DNA from: a virus | Virus record (IMG/VR): IMGVR_UViG_3300034280_000973 | Span: 5,774 to 69,773 of that record | DNA length: 64,000 bases | Direction: 5' to 3' (one strand) | Shown: positions 46,006 to 55,913 of the stretch, one piece after another | Numbering within the stretch: position 1 is the first letter of the stretch | Layout of the letters: every line of letters starts with the position of its first letter | The notes under the pieces: generated by a model | Database searches by the model: none | Told to the model about the DNA's origin: nothing | What the model saw: the letters and a program-made list of their open reading frames with translations, nothing else | Program-made: the position numbers and the translations under genes

Positions 46006-48654
46006 CGCATTTCCGCTCGGTTTCACACATGTAGTTCTAGCAGCTTGATTAATATCTATCTTAGCAGCTACTTTTTTATTTGTTTCTACAGCAACAGCAG
46101 CACCTTTGCGAAGCAACTCTTCGTTAAATAGTGCGGGATTATTCATCCAGCCAGTAATACTAACCCCAAGCAAAGCTTCTCTTCTGACTAGCTTTTCGGT
46201 TCTAGGAGATAGAAAAGGAAAATCAGTATATCCAGCCTGTAAAGTACCAAGTATGGCTGCGCCTTCACAAGCACGAAGAAATGATTCTTCAAGCGTTTTA
46301 CCGTTTTCGGGCACGCATTTTTCAGCATTTATTTCATTTAGATTACAAGCCTGTATTCCAAATAGATGAATATTTTTTCTAGTCCATTCTTCTACTTGTT
46401 CGTAAGGTATATCTTGAAGTATATCATGTGTGTCTACGGGAGTAAAGCCGATTTCAAAACATCTAGCTGCCGTGATACCGTTTGCTATCAATGTTCTGTT
46501 GTTATTTTCTTCTAAGCAGTAAACGTCTTCTTTACCTAAATAGTTAATGCTTACAACTTTTTTATATCTTAGTACATCTTTGTAACCCTTGAGATTGTTA
46601 AGTATATCGTTAGCTTTATTTATTTTTGCTTTATGTAAAAATGCAATATCTTCTATAAATTTACAAGATTGCTTATATCCATTTATACATAATCTATATG
46701 ATGCCTTACAATTATAATCCTGTAAGACTCTTTGTGAATTAGGAAGCTTTCTAGTTTCTTCCGGTAGTAAATCGTAGACAGATGCCAAAAATCCGATTTC
46801 TTGCAATATTAACGAAAGATCGTTTAGAAACTCCTTATTTGATTGAGTTATTCTTAAGGATATGCTCTTAGATGATTCTGTATAGTCTACATGGCCATCA
46901 GTAAAAAACATTCCGGCAACAAATCCAGCTTTAAAGTTTTTGCTTTTCTTGTAAAGCCAAGACAAATTATCTTTTTTTACTCCGAGTATATCTAAGTATT
47001 TCTTAAATCCTGTAGAAGCGAGTGTATATTTAGCAGAATTTCCAACTTGTGTTTGTAACTTAAATTTAATATCTGTAGATATTGGTTTTTTACCATCAGA
47101 ATATAATTCTTTAGATTCTATTCTTCTGGACATACTTTCTTTAAATATTTGTTCTATGCTAGATTTAGTAAATTCCAAATCTTCATTTTCACCCTCTAAA
47201 TCCTCCCATACGCTTATTCCGGCATCATCTTCGGTAATGTATCCGTCTCCTACACACATTCCAGATAAAAATCCGTCATGAAAATCTTCATCTTTTTTAG
47301 TTATTATATTTTCATCGCATGTAACTAATATATCATCGCCAATTTGAAGGCTTAAAAGTTCTTTCATACCCTGTTTAGTAGAAAATTTGTGATTTCCAGT
47401 CGCCTTAACTTTTCTACCGCAGGATAAAACAAGTTCGTAAATATCTACATTTTCACCTGTTTTTGCTACTTTACCAATTTTGTTATATTCAACACCTATA
47501 TTTGAAAGATCTGTATCCCAAGACTCGTGAGTTCCTTCTGCTTTGCCCTTAACTCTTTTATCTTGAACTATATAAATATCTTCCGTATCTTGTTTTTCCA
47601 TCATTTCTCCAAAAGTCATCCAACCCTTAGTTGTTAAAACTTTTGTGTCTATGGTAAAACATGGATTGAATACATCAAACCAAGTATTACAGAATACGAA
47701 TCCTAGATCGTTTGCTCCATCATTAATAGCTACAATATCATCGAAAAATTTTCTTTGAGATACTTCGTTTTCATCACATTTCTGTCTATGAATTAATACG
47801 GAATTATTAGATCTACCACGCTGAGGATTTTCTGTTCTCCAATTGCCTGTCTTAGCAAACATCATTTCTTGGTCGTTTGGATCTAAGATCATAGACAAAG
47901 CAGACCGCCTAACACCGCCGCTAAGAACAGCATCGGATGAATGGCATAATATATCAAAAACAACTATAGGACGCAGCTTTGGGCCTTGTGTAAGCATCCA
48001 ATGGTCTAATAACTTTTCTATCGATTCTAAAGAATTTTTTAAACCGTTAGGGCCGGGAGCTTTAAATCCACCGCTAATAAAAGCACCAGCCTCGCGTATT
48101 TGTGAATAATCAAATCTAATCTTGTATCCAGAATATTCAGGAAAAACTTGTCTATCGGTAAAATAAGAAGACATTAATACATCAACTGCATTTTTCCATC
48201 CTTCAATACTGTCGGGTATAACATATGTCTTTGTTCCTTTTTCTCTTTTTTGTATTTCAGGAAGCTGATTAACAAATGGAAGTAAAAGAGAAGCACCAAC
48301 GCCGCAACCGCACAAACCTAAATAAAGAACATCTCCAAAATTTCTAGGACTAACAAAATGAAGCGTCGTGCAATTGTACATACGCATGTTATGTCTCATT
48401 ATCTGGTCGTGTCTAAACTGTAGATTTCTTTGCGAGGCAAGAATAGTTCTTGACTTCATTAGTTCTAAAACTAAATCTAGCTCTTGTGAAAGATCAACGT
48501 TAGAATATTTCTTTTTGTGCCCGTTAACAATATCTTCGCAGGCTTCTTCCCAATTTTCATAACGATTAAGTTTTTTATTCCATTTAAAATAGTCACTATA
48601 AAGTTTCAAATCCGACAGAAACTTCTTGCCAAAATTCTTTTTTTCAGATGCCAT
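45670..48654 (-). CDS. nrdJ: Class II RNR N-terminal fragment with full intein and N-intein
   Basis: YNC, GCGVG, GGVRRSA, NP|CFEI, ACNLNEIN, LLGVSITG, TCVKPSGNA|. Confidence 0.92.
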   Translation of the reverse strand: MASEKKNFGKKFLSDLKLYSDYFKWNKKLNRYENWEEACEDIVNGHKKKYSNVDLSQELDLVLELMKSRTILASQRNLQFRHDQIMRHNMRMYNCTTLHFVSPRNFGDVLYLGLCGCGVGASLLLPFVNQLPEIQKREKGTKTYVIPDSIEGWKNAVDVLMSSYFTDRQVFPEYSGYKIRFDYSQIREAGAFISGGFKAPGPNGLKNSLESIEKLLDHWMLTQGPKLRPIVVFDILCHSSDAVLSGGVRRSALSMILDPNDQEMMFAKTGNWRTENPQRGRSNNSVLIHRQKCDENEVSQRKFFDDIVAINDGANDLGFVFCNTWFDVFNPCFTIDTKVLTTKGWMTFGEMMEKQDTEDIYIVQDKRVKGKAEGTHESWDTDLSNIGVEYNKIGKVAKTGENVDIYELVLSCGRKVKATGNHKFSTKQGMKELLSLQIGDDILVTCDENIITKKDEDFHDGFLSGMCVGDGYITEDDAGISVWEDLEGENEDLEFTKSSIEQIFKESMSRRIESKELYSDGKKPISTDIKFKLQTQVGNSAKYTLASTGFKKYLDILGVKKDNLSWLYKKSKNFKAGFVAGMFFTDGHVDYTESSKSISLRITQSNKEFLNDLSLILQEIGFLASVYDLLPEETRKLPNSQRVLQDYNCKASYRLCINGYKQSCKFIEDIAFLHKAKINKANDILNNLKGYKDVLRYKKVVSINYLGKEDVYCLEENNNRTLIANGITAARCFEIGFTPVDTHDILQDIPYEQVEEWTRKNIHLFGIQACNLNEINAEKCVPENGKTLEESFLRACEGAAILGTLQAGYTDFPFLSPRTEKLVRREALLGVSITGWMNNPALFNEELLRKGAAVAVETNKKVAAKIDINQAARTTCVKPSGNACTKFDTIIKTNIGDLTLLEIFKYCLDDPNFDTETINFTDTSFNLKKPLKVYDKNNNEQSIELLYINGLSETYEVEFEDGQVYSFTENHKLLTDKGWKLVKDLKENDEIISF
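46462..47661 (-). mobile_element. Full intein (400 aa) with LAGLIDADG, atypical C-terminal Arg
   Basis: CFTIDTKV...ATGNHKF...VGDG...FTDG...VYCL...IANGITAAR|C. Confidence 0.88.
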
Positions 48655-48824
48655 TATTTTTTTATTTCAATTTTTATATTTTTGAGGTTAATAGTCACTT
48701 CAACATGATCAGTATATTCTTTCACATCAACTAAGTCAATAATAGACTTGACTTTACTCACTTGTTCTTTTGTGAGTCCTAACTGATCTAGTGCCCGAGA
48801 GAGTAAATTATTTACTATGTTCAT
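48654..48824 (-). CDS. Small hypothetical protein (56 aa)
   Basis: Hand-translated MNIVNNLLSRALDQLG...; coupled to nrdJ start. Confidence 0.55.
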   Translation of the reverse strand: MNIVNNLLSRALDQLGLTKEQVSKVKSIIDLVDVKEYTDHVEVTINLKNIKIEIKK

Positions 48825-49055
48825 TTATTTTTTAAGATAGCCATTAGCCTTGACAGTATTTACTTCTTTGTGAACAGGTTCAGCATAAGTAATCTGATCT
48901 GTTTTATTTACATACTTTTCAACAAAAGCTAAAATATCATCCCAATCTAATGACATATCAACATTATCCCAAGCAAAATCAATACCCCTAGATTTATTAG
49001 CATTTCTAGCAGCAATAACAGTTTCTAGTAATTTTAATTCTTTTTCTTTATTCAT
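48825..49055 (-). CDS. Hypothetical protein
   Basis: ORF in operon. Confidence 0.6.
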   Translation of the reverse strand: MNKEKELKLLETVIAARNANKSRGIDFAWDNVDMSLDWDDILAFVEKYVNKTDQITYAEPVHKEVNTVKANGYLKK

Positions 49056-49732
49056 TATCCACCTATAATCGCTTTCATATTTTTAATAGCTTCAACTAAT
49101 TGATTTCCTAATATCATAACTAATATAGTCATTACTACAGCAATTGATACCTTAGGATACTTTTCAACGAGTTTTGCAACGTTTAAGAAAATATTTTGTA
49201 TTTCAGTTTGTGTCTTAATCTTGTTTTCAACCCCCGATATAATTTTTTCTTCCATCTGAGGTATTTTCGCAGTATATGCATTCATTTTGTCTGTAAACTC
49301 CTTTATGGCAGAAATAGCAGTATTAAAAGCTGCGGCTGTTCCATTTTTTAATGGCATTACAGTTATCATAAAGTATTTCAATTCTCCGTCAAGTGGGTAT
49401 CTTACAACATGCATATCAACCCATACTGGCTTATCGTTCTTTGGTATATATTGTTTTTTTATAGAATAGCTTTTTAGATCGCCATCAATGCATTGTCTAA
49501 TCATTGCACGATCTGCTTCTAAATTTTCGTCATTTAACGATAATTTTTCCCAAGTGATTCCAGTTCCCGATTGACCAACCGTGAGTTCCCAGCTATTATA
49601 GCCAATAAAATCCTCAAAAGCACGATTCACCCAAAGAATTTTTCCAGAACTGGCACAAACTACCATCGGAACTTCTGAATGAATAAAAGCGTTGGTAAAA
49701 AAATCTACAGGCTGATTATCAATCCAAGACAT
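49055..49732 (-). CDS. PAS-domain membrane protein
   Basis: PMVV...GKILWVNRAFEDFIGY..EL...KQYIPK...WV; C-terminal TM. Confidence 0.75.
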   Translation of the reverse strand: MSWIDNQPVDFFTNAFIHSEVPMVVCASSGKILWVNRAFEDFIGYNSWELTVGQSGTGITWEKLSLNDENLEADRAMIRQCIDGDLKSYSIKKQYIPKNDKPVWVDMHVVRYPLDGELKYFMITVMPLKNGTAAAFNTAISAIKEFTDKMNAYTAKIPQMEEKIISGVENKIKTQTEIQNIFLNVAKLVEKYPKVSIAVVMTILVMILGNQLVEAIKNMKAIIGG

Positions 49733-49748
49733 GATGATTTCCCCAAAT

Positions 49749-49770
49749 GAGGGGGGTTTTATCCCCCCTC
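49749..49770. terminator. GC hairpin, possible terminator
   Basis: gagggggg-ttttat-ccccctc between genes. Confidence 0.5.
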
Positions 49771-49794
49771 TTAATTAAAAAAATGAAAAATTTA

Positions 49795-50478
49795 TTACAT
49801 ACCGGTTATAGGTTTGTAATCGAAGAAGCTTCCGCCAGTTAGAGACTTATTAACAAAGTCAACTTGAAAGAATAGTTCTCCGGGTAATGCTCTGGTTGGG
49901 GTAGCTGCATCATCGACAGCTTTATCAGTAGCATCTCCATCCCTTAAATCTCTCATGAAGAAAGTGTTTAAAGGAGAAGGAGCAGCAACTGCGGTTCCAG
50001 CGGCATTTAACCACATGATTCTTGAAGCTTTAGAGTTGCCGTTGGCTAACTTGCCAGTCCAAGAAAATCTACCATTAACCCAAGCTTGAAGCATTCTAAC
50101 GCCAAAGTCATGATTGAATTCATGTATAGCCTTGACTTTATTTGCTTGTGCCATAAATAACATAACGTTACTTGAGACACCGGCTAGAGTTGTAGCAATT
50201 CTAGAAATAACATAAGTTCCAGCAGCAGCAGCATTGTACGCGAAAACACCGGCAGAAAGAATTTTTCTAGCTCTGGTGATAGAACTTCCAGAATCTCTTT
50301 CGCGAACACCGCTAGTAAAATTAACATTTAAAGCAACAGCTTCTAAAATTGAAAAAGAGGTTGTAATACCTCCACCGCCAGTAGTAGAGTTATTCATGAT
50401 AACTCCGCTAATGGTCTGAACAGGGTTAGAAGCACCCCTAGTTCCTCTTACAGCACCAAATTTTGTTGTAACAGCCAT
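49795..50478 (-). CDS. Probable virion structural protein
   Basis: Ala/Gly/Thr/Ser-rich, followed by hairpin. Confidence 0.5.
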   Translation of the reverse strand: MAVTTKFGAVRGTRGASNPVQTISGVIMNNSTTGGGGITTSFSILEAVALNVNFTSGVRERDSGSSITRARKILSAGVFAYNAAAAGTYVISRIATTLAGVSSNVMLFMAQANKVKAIHEFNHDFGVRMLQAWVNGRFSWTGKLANGNSKASRIMWLNAAGTAVAAPSPLNTFFMRDLRDGDATDKAVDDAATPTRALPGELFFQVDFVNKSLTGGSFFDYKPITGM

Positions 50479-50540
50479 TTTTTACCTTGTAGAATATAAT
50501 ATTCTGCAATCTTATTGTCCTAAGCAAGAGTCCTTTTTTC

Positions 50541-51065
50541 CTAACTATTTATACTCATCTTAAGCCGCTTTATAATTTTATTCAATTTGGTTAGAATTGT
50601 AAGTTCTTTTACATTTCTTTCTTTAGCAATGTCCTGAATACTGATATTTTGAATGTAAACTTTTGAAACTAAATCTCTTTCTGCGGGCTTTAGGGAATCT
50701 AGTATATCAATAATTTCAATATCATTATTTTTACTTATAGAGATATCTATATCGTTACTGTCTTTATCACTTATTGAAGATAAGTGTACGCTATTTTTAT
50801 ACCTTCTCATATGGTCTCTTATAAAAGTGAGGCATACGAAACGAACTCTAGCATAAACATAGGTTAAAAACGAGGCTTTTAGGTTATCCTTGTAATTTTT
50901 ATGAGCCTGCCATATACCTTCTTGTATTAGCTGCTTTCTTAAGTATGGAGTCTTATCAATGTTATAGATAATTTTCCTGTGTTTATTAAAAGATGCTTGT
51001 GCAGTTTTTAACACATCTTCATTCTTCAAAACGTCTTCCAGATTCATCAAGTGTAATTGGTTCAT
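50541..51065 (-). CDS. Sigma70-family (ECF-like) sigma factor
   Basis: LIQEGIWQA..Y...ASFLTYVY; region 4 IQDIAKERNV. Confidence 0.7.
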   Translation of the reverse strand: MNQLHLMNLEDVLKNEDVLKTAQASFNKHRKIIYNIDKTPYLRKQLIQEGIWQAHKNYKDNLKASFLTYVYARVRFVCLTFIRDHMRRYKNSVHLSSISDKDSNDIDISISKNNDIEIIDILDSLKPAERDLVSKVYIQNISIQDIAKERNVKELTILTKLNKIIKRLKMSINS

Positions 51066-51465
51066 TATTTTCCTCTAAAAAATTCTTAATTTGTGTTGCA
51101 ACGTCCTTAAATTCAAATAGCTTTGCCACTCCTATAACAAAAGAGTAAGGATCAAGTATTTTTAATGCAGCTACTCCTTCTGCTGTTTCGTTCAAAAAAT
51201 CGTAAAAGTTATTAGTGATCTTGAAATTAGTATTACCTATCCAGCATTCCCATCTATCGGTAGGTTTAAAAATTGATTTTTTTTCTACCGCCCCAAAAGG
51301 CCCGAGCATAAGTGGGTTTTCGTTAAAAGGAATAGTGGGAATTAGATCGTTTTTTTCCGATTGGAGAAAATCGTTATTTTCCTTGTTCTTGTCTTTATTC
51401 TCAGAATCTAAAAATTCTTTCTCTTTTTCATTCCAATATTCCCAAGTTACTTTTTTACTGTTCAT
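51019..51465 (-). CDS. Hypothetical protein
   Basis: ORF in operon. Confidence 0.6.
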   Translation of the reverse strand: MNSKKVTWEYWNEKEKEFLDSENKDKNKENNDFLQSEKNDLIPTIPFNENPLMLGPFGAVEKKSIFKPTDRWECWIGNTNFKITNNFYDFLNETAEGVAALKILDPYSFVIGVAKLFEFKDVATQIKNFLEENNEPITLDESGRRFEE

Positions 51466-51766
51466 CGTTTAACACCTGATCGGGCTTCATGACTAAATTG
51501 TTTTTTGATAATTCTTTGATATAAGATAGTAATAGTTTTATAGAATCTGGACTGTCAGTGTCTATATTTTCTATTTGTTTTTCTACCAAGTCGCTGTTTT
51601 TAATAGTATGTATTAAAATAGCAAGTTTTTGTAGATCTTCGTCATTAGCCCATAAAATATCAAAACATAAATCGCTTTCTTTACTTAGCTGAAAGCTTAG
51701 CAAACAAGATAGATTTTCAAAACGGTCTTGCTGACTCTCTTCTGATGCAGTTTGTGATTCGTCCAT
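51455..51766 (-). CDS. Hypothetical protein
   Basis: ORF in operon. Confidence 0.55.
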   Translation of the reverse strand: MDESQTASEESQQDRFENLSCLLSFQLSKESDLCFDILWANDEDLQKLAILIHTIKNSDLVEKQIENIDTDSPDSIKLLLSYIKELSKNNLVMKPDQVLNDEQ

Positions 51767-52109
51767 TTAATGTAATATTTCTTTCTTCTATTTCTTTTAG
51801 AGAGTAAAAAGTACCAATCTTATTTAGATTTGGCATAAATAATAACACAGAAGAATAAAAGAAGTCGCAGATAACTCCATCGGAATTTACAGAGCAGATA
51901 TCAATAAGATTTTTTTGTATCCATCCGTTAGAATATTTAACTGTTTTTTCAGATAGTTCGTAAAATTTAGACTCTATAGAGTCTCCGTAACACACATTAA
52001 TAGATGGAATTTTTAAATTATCATCTAAAAGCAGCAAGTTTTGTTCGTATATGTTTTTAGATCTATCTTTTGCTATTACAAGCCAGCTTATTGTGTTAAA
52101 ATATTCCAT
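51717..52109 (-). CDS. Hypothetical protein
   Basis: ORF in operon. Confidence 0.55.
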   Translation of the reverse strand: MEYFNTISWLVIAKDRSKNIYEQNLLLLDDNLKIPSINVCYGDSIESKFYELSEKTVKYSNGWIQKNLIDICSVNSDGVICDFFYSSVLLFMPNLNKIGTFYSLKEIEERNITLNGRITNCIRRESARPF

Positions 52110-52561
52110 GCCAAACCTTTGTAGTATAAAGACATTTGCTGGATTTCCTCCGAAGAAATAAAGCGATCTTTGTCTTCCGTGTAATGTTTTGGTATGGAAA
52201 TAAAGCTATCTGAAAAATCTTTGTACTTGTCTTTGTATTTATCTTTATATAATTCTTCAAAAGATTGTACGAGTATATCTACAATCTGAGACATTTTGGG
52301 TTTTTTATCTTTTAATTCTAAAAGTTTTTCGCTTGCAGAATCGCAGTACAATGCCAATTCTATTCTGTCTTGACCAGTTATATCGCCGATAACAGAACTA
52401 GAAAAAGCAACAAATTCTTCTGATGGCTTAACTACTTCCACCCTTTGCATTATAGCTGCAAAAGGAAGATTTGTCAAGTCTATTTTGTCTCCGAATGCGG
52501 AAAAAAGCAATAGAAGAATAATTAATACTGGTTTATAATCCATTTTACTTCTTTTTAACAA
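52088..52561 (-). CDS. Membrane-anchored/secreted protein
   Basis: N-terminal hydrophobic stretch. Confidence 0.6.
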   Translation of the reverse strand: MLKRSKMDYKPVLIILLLLFSAFGDKIDLTNLPFAAIMQRVEVVKPSEEFVAFSSSVIGDITGQDRIELALYCDSASEKLLELKDKKPKMSQIVDILVQSFEELYKDKYKDKYKDFSDSFISIPKHYTEDKDRFISSEEIQQMSLYYKGLAWNILTQ

Positions 52562-52811
52562 AAAGCGGGAAAACCGAATCTAATGCTTCGCAAGCATCTG
52601 TTAGCCCGAGAGCATTACAATCGCTTTTCAGTTTACTCCATGAGTCAACAATATCTGACATTGTTGGCATATTTGCTTCTAGCTGAAATTTTTCTTCGGT
52701 TACAGATGGTTTTTCTTTTACAGCAACAGTAGTTTTTACCAAATATGGTTTAACATATTGATAACCTAAGGCTACTGCTGCTATTAATGATAGTATTTGT
52801 GCTGTATTCAT
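52545..52811 (-). CDS. Membrane-anchored protein
   Basis: N-terminal TM. Confidence 0.6.
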   Translation of the reverse strand: MNTAQILSLIAAVALGYQYVKPYLVKTTVAVKEKPSVTEEKFQLEANMPTMSDIVDSWSKLKSDCNALGLTDACEALDSVFPLFVKKK

Positions 52812-52815
52812 TTTT

Positions 52816-52998
52816 TTACTTTAAGTGATCTTTAAAGGTATATCCACCGATTAATACAGTACCTACAGTTGTAATGTTTTTTATCTGGTCTGGCGTTAAC
52901 TCTAATTTAAAAAGTTCTTTTGCTAGCACAGGAATTAGTGCTGTAACTATTGCTATCCATAATCTTTTAGATGTAACTAAACTTGCTTTTTCTTGCAT
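52816..52998 (-). CDS. Holin-like small membrane protein
   Basis: SKRLWIAI..., 2 TM, 60 aa. Confidence 0.55.
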   Translation of the reverse strand: MQEKASLVTSKRLWIAIVTALIPVLAKELFKLELTPDQIKNITTVGTVLIGGYTFKDHLK

Positions 52999-53001
52999 TT
53001 T

Positions 53002-53355
53002 CTAATCTCCTAGTAAATTGATTAATTGTTCTTCTGTTAAAGACTGAGATAAAATTAGATTCATTAACAATCTTGAATCTAAATGTGTTCTTGCTGTATG
53101 GCGTTTAACAACAAGCCATAAGATAGATTTTTGTACCGGGCCGACATATTTCAACTTTTCAGACAGCGTAGTAGTATTTCTAGTATCATAACACTTTTTA
53201 ATCATGATTATTACATCGAAAATTATTTTTCCGGCTGTTAATATAATCAATGGGTCTAAAGTAGGAAGATCCTTACCTGACGAATAAGAAGCCCCGATAG
53301 ATACTGCTAAATCTTGAACGGTGTCATTTTTTGTACTTGTCATAAATATCTCCAA
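53002..53355 (-). CDS. Hypothetical protein
   Basis: ORF in operon. Confidence 0.55.
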   Translation of the reverse strand: MEIFMTSTKNDTVQDLAVSIGASYSSGKDLPTLDPLIILTAGKIIFDVIIMIKKCYDTRNTTTLSEKLKYVGPVQKSILWLVVKRHTARTHLDSRLLMNLILSQSLTEEQLINLLGD

Positions 53356-53866
53356 CTACTTTTTTGTTTAAATAACCTATATATTGGACGGTATAATTAC
53401 CGATCTTTAATTCATAAGCGGGGTATTTACCAAACTTTTTCCTGACGGATGTAGTTTCGTTTATTTCGACTACATTATAATCTAAAAGGCCCGGCAATTC
53501 TTCGGCTTTCCATTTTTCGCACAAATCACAATTGTTCGAAGAATAAAAATAAATAGTTGCTTTTTTTTCTTCTATAATCTGATCACCCAAATTAGCACAA
53601 AGCGGACATGGTGTTTTATGCCCATCGCCCTGAACTATGTACTTCAATCCCTTGCATTTTTTACATACTCCCGAATTATCAGGAACAACTGTTTCTTCTT
53701 CTTTTTCTATTTCAGGTTCAGAAACTATGATTTTGTCTATGTATTTTTGTATAACACTTTTTATTTCTACACGCCTTTTTTTAACAGATTCTGATTCTTC
53801 TCCAAAAGATATAGAAGGTAAAAATGTAAGTGTGAATATTAATAAGTATTTATAGTATCGCATCAA
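53324..53866 (-). CDS. Secreted zinc-finger/thioredoxin-like protein
   Basis: Signal peptide, CKKC..GDGH..CPLC, CDLC...YP. Confidence 0.65.
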   Translation of the reverse strand: MMRYYKYLLIFTLTFLPSISFGEESESVKKRRVEIKSVIQKYIDKIIVSEPEIEKEEETVVPDNSGVCKKCKGLKYIVQGDGHKTPCPLCANLGDQIIEEKKATIYFYSSNNCDLCEKWKAEELPGLLDYNVVEINETTSVRKKFGKYPAYELKIGNYTVQYIGYLNKKVVGDIYDKYKK

Positions 53867-55913
53867 ATAATTCCCAATTTATAGATTTGGCCGGAAATCC
53901 ATTAACGTTTCCGATGACCCAAGTTTGTTGCTGCCGAATCATTTGATAGGCAACAGTTGCTGTAACCCAAAAACTTCCATCGGGCTGATCATATGCTTTC
54001 GGGCCTGAATTCCAATCGGCCCAAGAGTTTAGTATTAAAAATAAAGTCTCGGAACTTCTAGTTTTAGTATCATCCATACCGCCGAAACACATGCAATGAT
54101 TCCAATTGCCTCTAGGGTTAGATATACCGTTTTTATCGCGTTTAGAAGAAAACCCAATATTACTTCCTACAACAACGCCATATCCATTATATATAGCATC
54201 TCTTATTTCTTCTACTGTTTTTCCTAAAGAAACTGTTAAAACTTTATTTGTATTTATTTCTGATATAACTGACTGAGGAACACCTGTTCTGCCCCAATTT
54301 ATACCAATTTGTGGATTATATTTGGATAGATCATATCTACCGTATTTACGACGTAAGGCTATTCCGCCTATATCCGAAAGAAAATTTACCGCCCGAGCAA
54401 CAGACATTCCCTGCCCGCCATGCCCTCTGTGACCATATATTACCTCGGTAGCTAATCTTCCTGCATATCCTTCTGCTTCTAAACGTTCTTCTATATCAGA
54501 AACTAAAGAAATTGTGGTTCCGTTTCTACATCCGTGCGAAGTACAGTTATGAACAGCTATGCCATTTGCAATAAACGAATGATCTTCTTCTACTTCTATA
54601 CAATAAACAGCGTCTTGATAATCAGATTCACTATTTGTAGAAACTTTAGCTAATAATCCAAACTCACATTTATGTAAAATTTGTTTTTTAGAACTATTTA
54701 TAATCAGGCCAGAAACCATGCATTCTGGAAATAATTTTAGTGCTTCATTTGAATATATATCTATTGTGTAAGAAGAATGCCTGTCTATGCGATCTTTTCT
54801 TTTTCTTACAGTATGTTGTATTTCTAAATCTTGTAATAATGAAGATATTCCAGATATTAATTTTTTCGATACAGACACTCCGTTTATTCTTGTTCTGGAC
54901 TTGTTGAAACACCCGTCACCATCTATCCATCCCCTGACTATTTCAATTTTAGATAAATTATTAAATTTATTTAAATTGTGAAGCTCTTTTGTATAACAGT
55001 TTCCGGAGACAAAATATTTTATAAATTCTACTAAGAGTCTACTGCTACAACTTACTACTATAACATTTTTATGAGATCTGTCATGGATAAATGTTTTTAA
55101 TCCAAATTTTTCATTAATTATTCTGCTTATATTTTTTTGTATATCTACTTCTTTAGAATTTAATGAAAAATCTACTCTACAGTTTTCAGATATTCCGCCT
55201 TCTGCACAGAAAATTCCTATCAACCATCCTATATCTTCATCTATTTTTATATATCTATTTACAACCTTTTTTGAGCCGAAATATCTTACGTGATTTTCAG
55301 ATACTAATGGTTGTTTCATCCTCTTGTTAGATTCTTTATTTATAAATAAAGACATGTCTAAAATATATTCATTTTCGTAAGAATTATTTTTAGGAATTAC
55401 CAAATAATCAGATTCTGTTATTTCGTCTGCACGCTTCCATTCAAAATTTTCATTATTTTTTGTTAAAATTAAATGGTCGTTAGTACAAGATATATTATTT
55501 AAATATCTGTATAATTTTATATTCCTTATTTTATTTCCGGAAGGATTTTTTTTGATAATATCTGTGACTGCTCTTTTATTTCCATAGTGGGATAATACAA
55601 AATCACCTATTTCAATATTTTCTATCGCTTTTAAAGTTCCGTCAGCCATTAAAACCATTGTTCCGGCAGTAAAACAATCGCCTGTGAGCTGGTTTTCATC
55701 AGATGCAAAATTTTTATCGTATTTTCTAACTAATTTATAAGGTAAAGCTATTTTACCTAAGCCGCTATCCTTTATTGCTTGTGCAGCATCGCCAAAAATT
55801 GGATATCTAAGAGATTGCAAGACTTTATCAAACTCTTGGCCATTAAAGAGCGTTGGATTATAACCATTTTCATAAGCTTTAATAAGCTCTTTTGTTGTGT
55901 TAAATATCGTCAT
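53850..55913 (-). CDS. Papain-like (C1) cysteine peptidase with intein
   Basis: QLTGD|CTSHG, WNHCM, ILNSW. Confidence 0.82.
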   Translation of the reverse strand: MTIFNTTKELIKAYENGYNPTLFNGQEFDKVLQSLRYPIFGDAAQAIKDSGLGKIALPYKLVRKYDKNFASDENQLTGDCFTAGTMVLMADGTLKAIENIEIGDFVLSHYGNKRAVTDIIKKNPSGNKIRNIKLYRYLNNISCTNDHLILTKNNENFEWKRADEITESDYLVIPKNNSYENEYILDMSLFINKESNKRMKQPLVSENHVRYFGSKKVVNRYIKIDEDIGWLIGIFCAEGGISENCRVDFSLNSKEVDIQKNISRIINEKFGLKTFIHDRSHKNVIVVSCSSRLLVEFIKYFVSGNCYTKELHNLNKFNNLSKIEIVRGWIDGDGCFNKSRTRINGVSVSKKLISGISSLLQDLEIQHTVRKRKDRIDRHSSYTIDIYSNEALKLFPECMVSGLIINSSKKQILHKCEFGLLAKVSTNSESDYQDAVYCIEVEEDHSFIANGIAVHNCTSHGCRNGTTISLVSDIEERLEAEGYAGRLATEVIYGHRGHGGQGMSVARAVNFLSDIGGIALRRKYGRYDLSKYNPQIGINWGRTGVPQSVISEINTNKVLTVSLGKTVEEIRDAIYNGYGVVVGSNIGFSSKRDKNGISNPRGNWNHCMCFGGMDDTKTRSSETLFLILNSWADWNSGPKAYDQPDGSFWVTATVAYQMIRQQQTWVIGNVNGFPAKSINWELFDAIL
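54546..55676 (-). mobile_element. Canonical intein (377 aa) with LAGLIDADG
   Basis: CFTAGT...CTNDH...CAEG...IDGDG...IAVHN|C. Confidence 0.9.

Noticed and set aside
50479-50540. AGGA repeats and an AT palindrome upstream of the structural gene (CsrA-type sites)
   Set aside because: Motifs too short to distinguish from chance.
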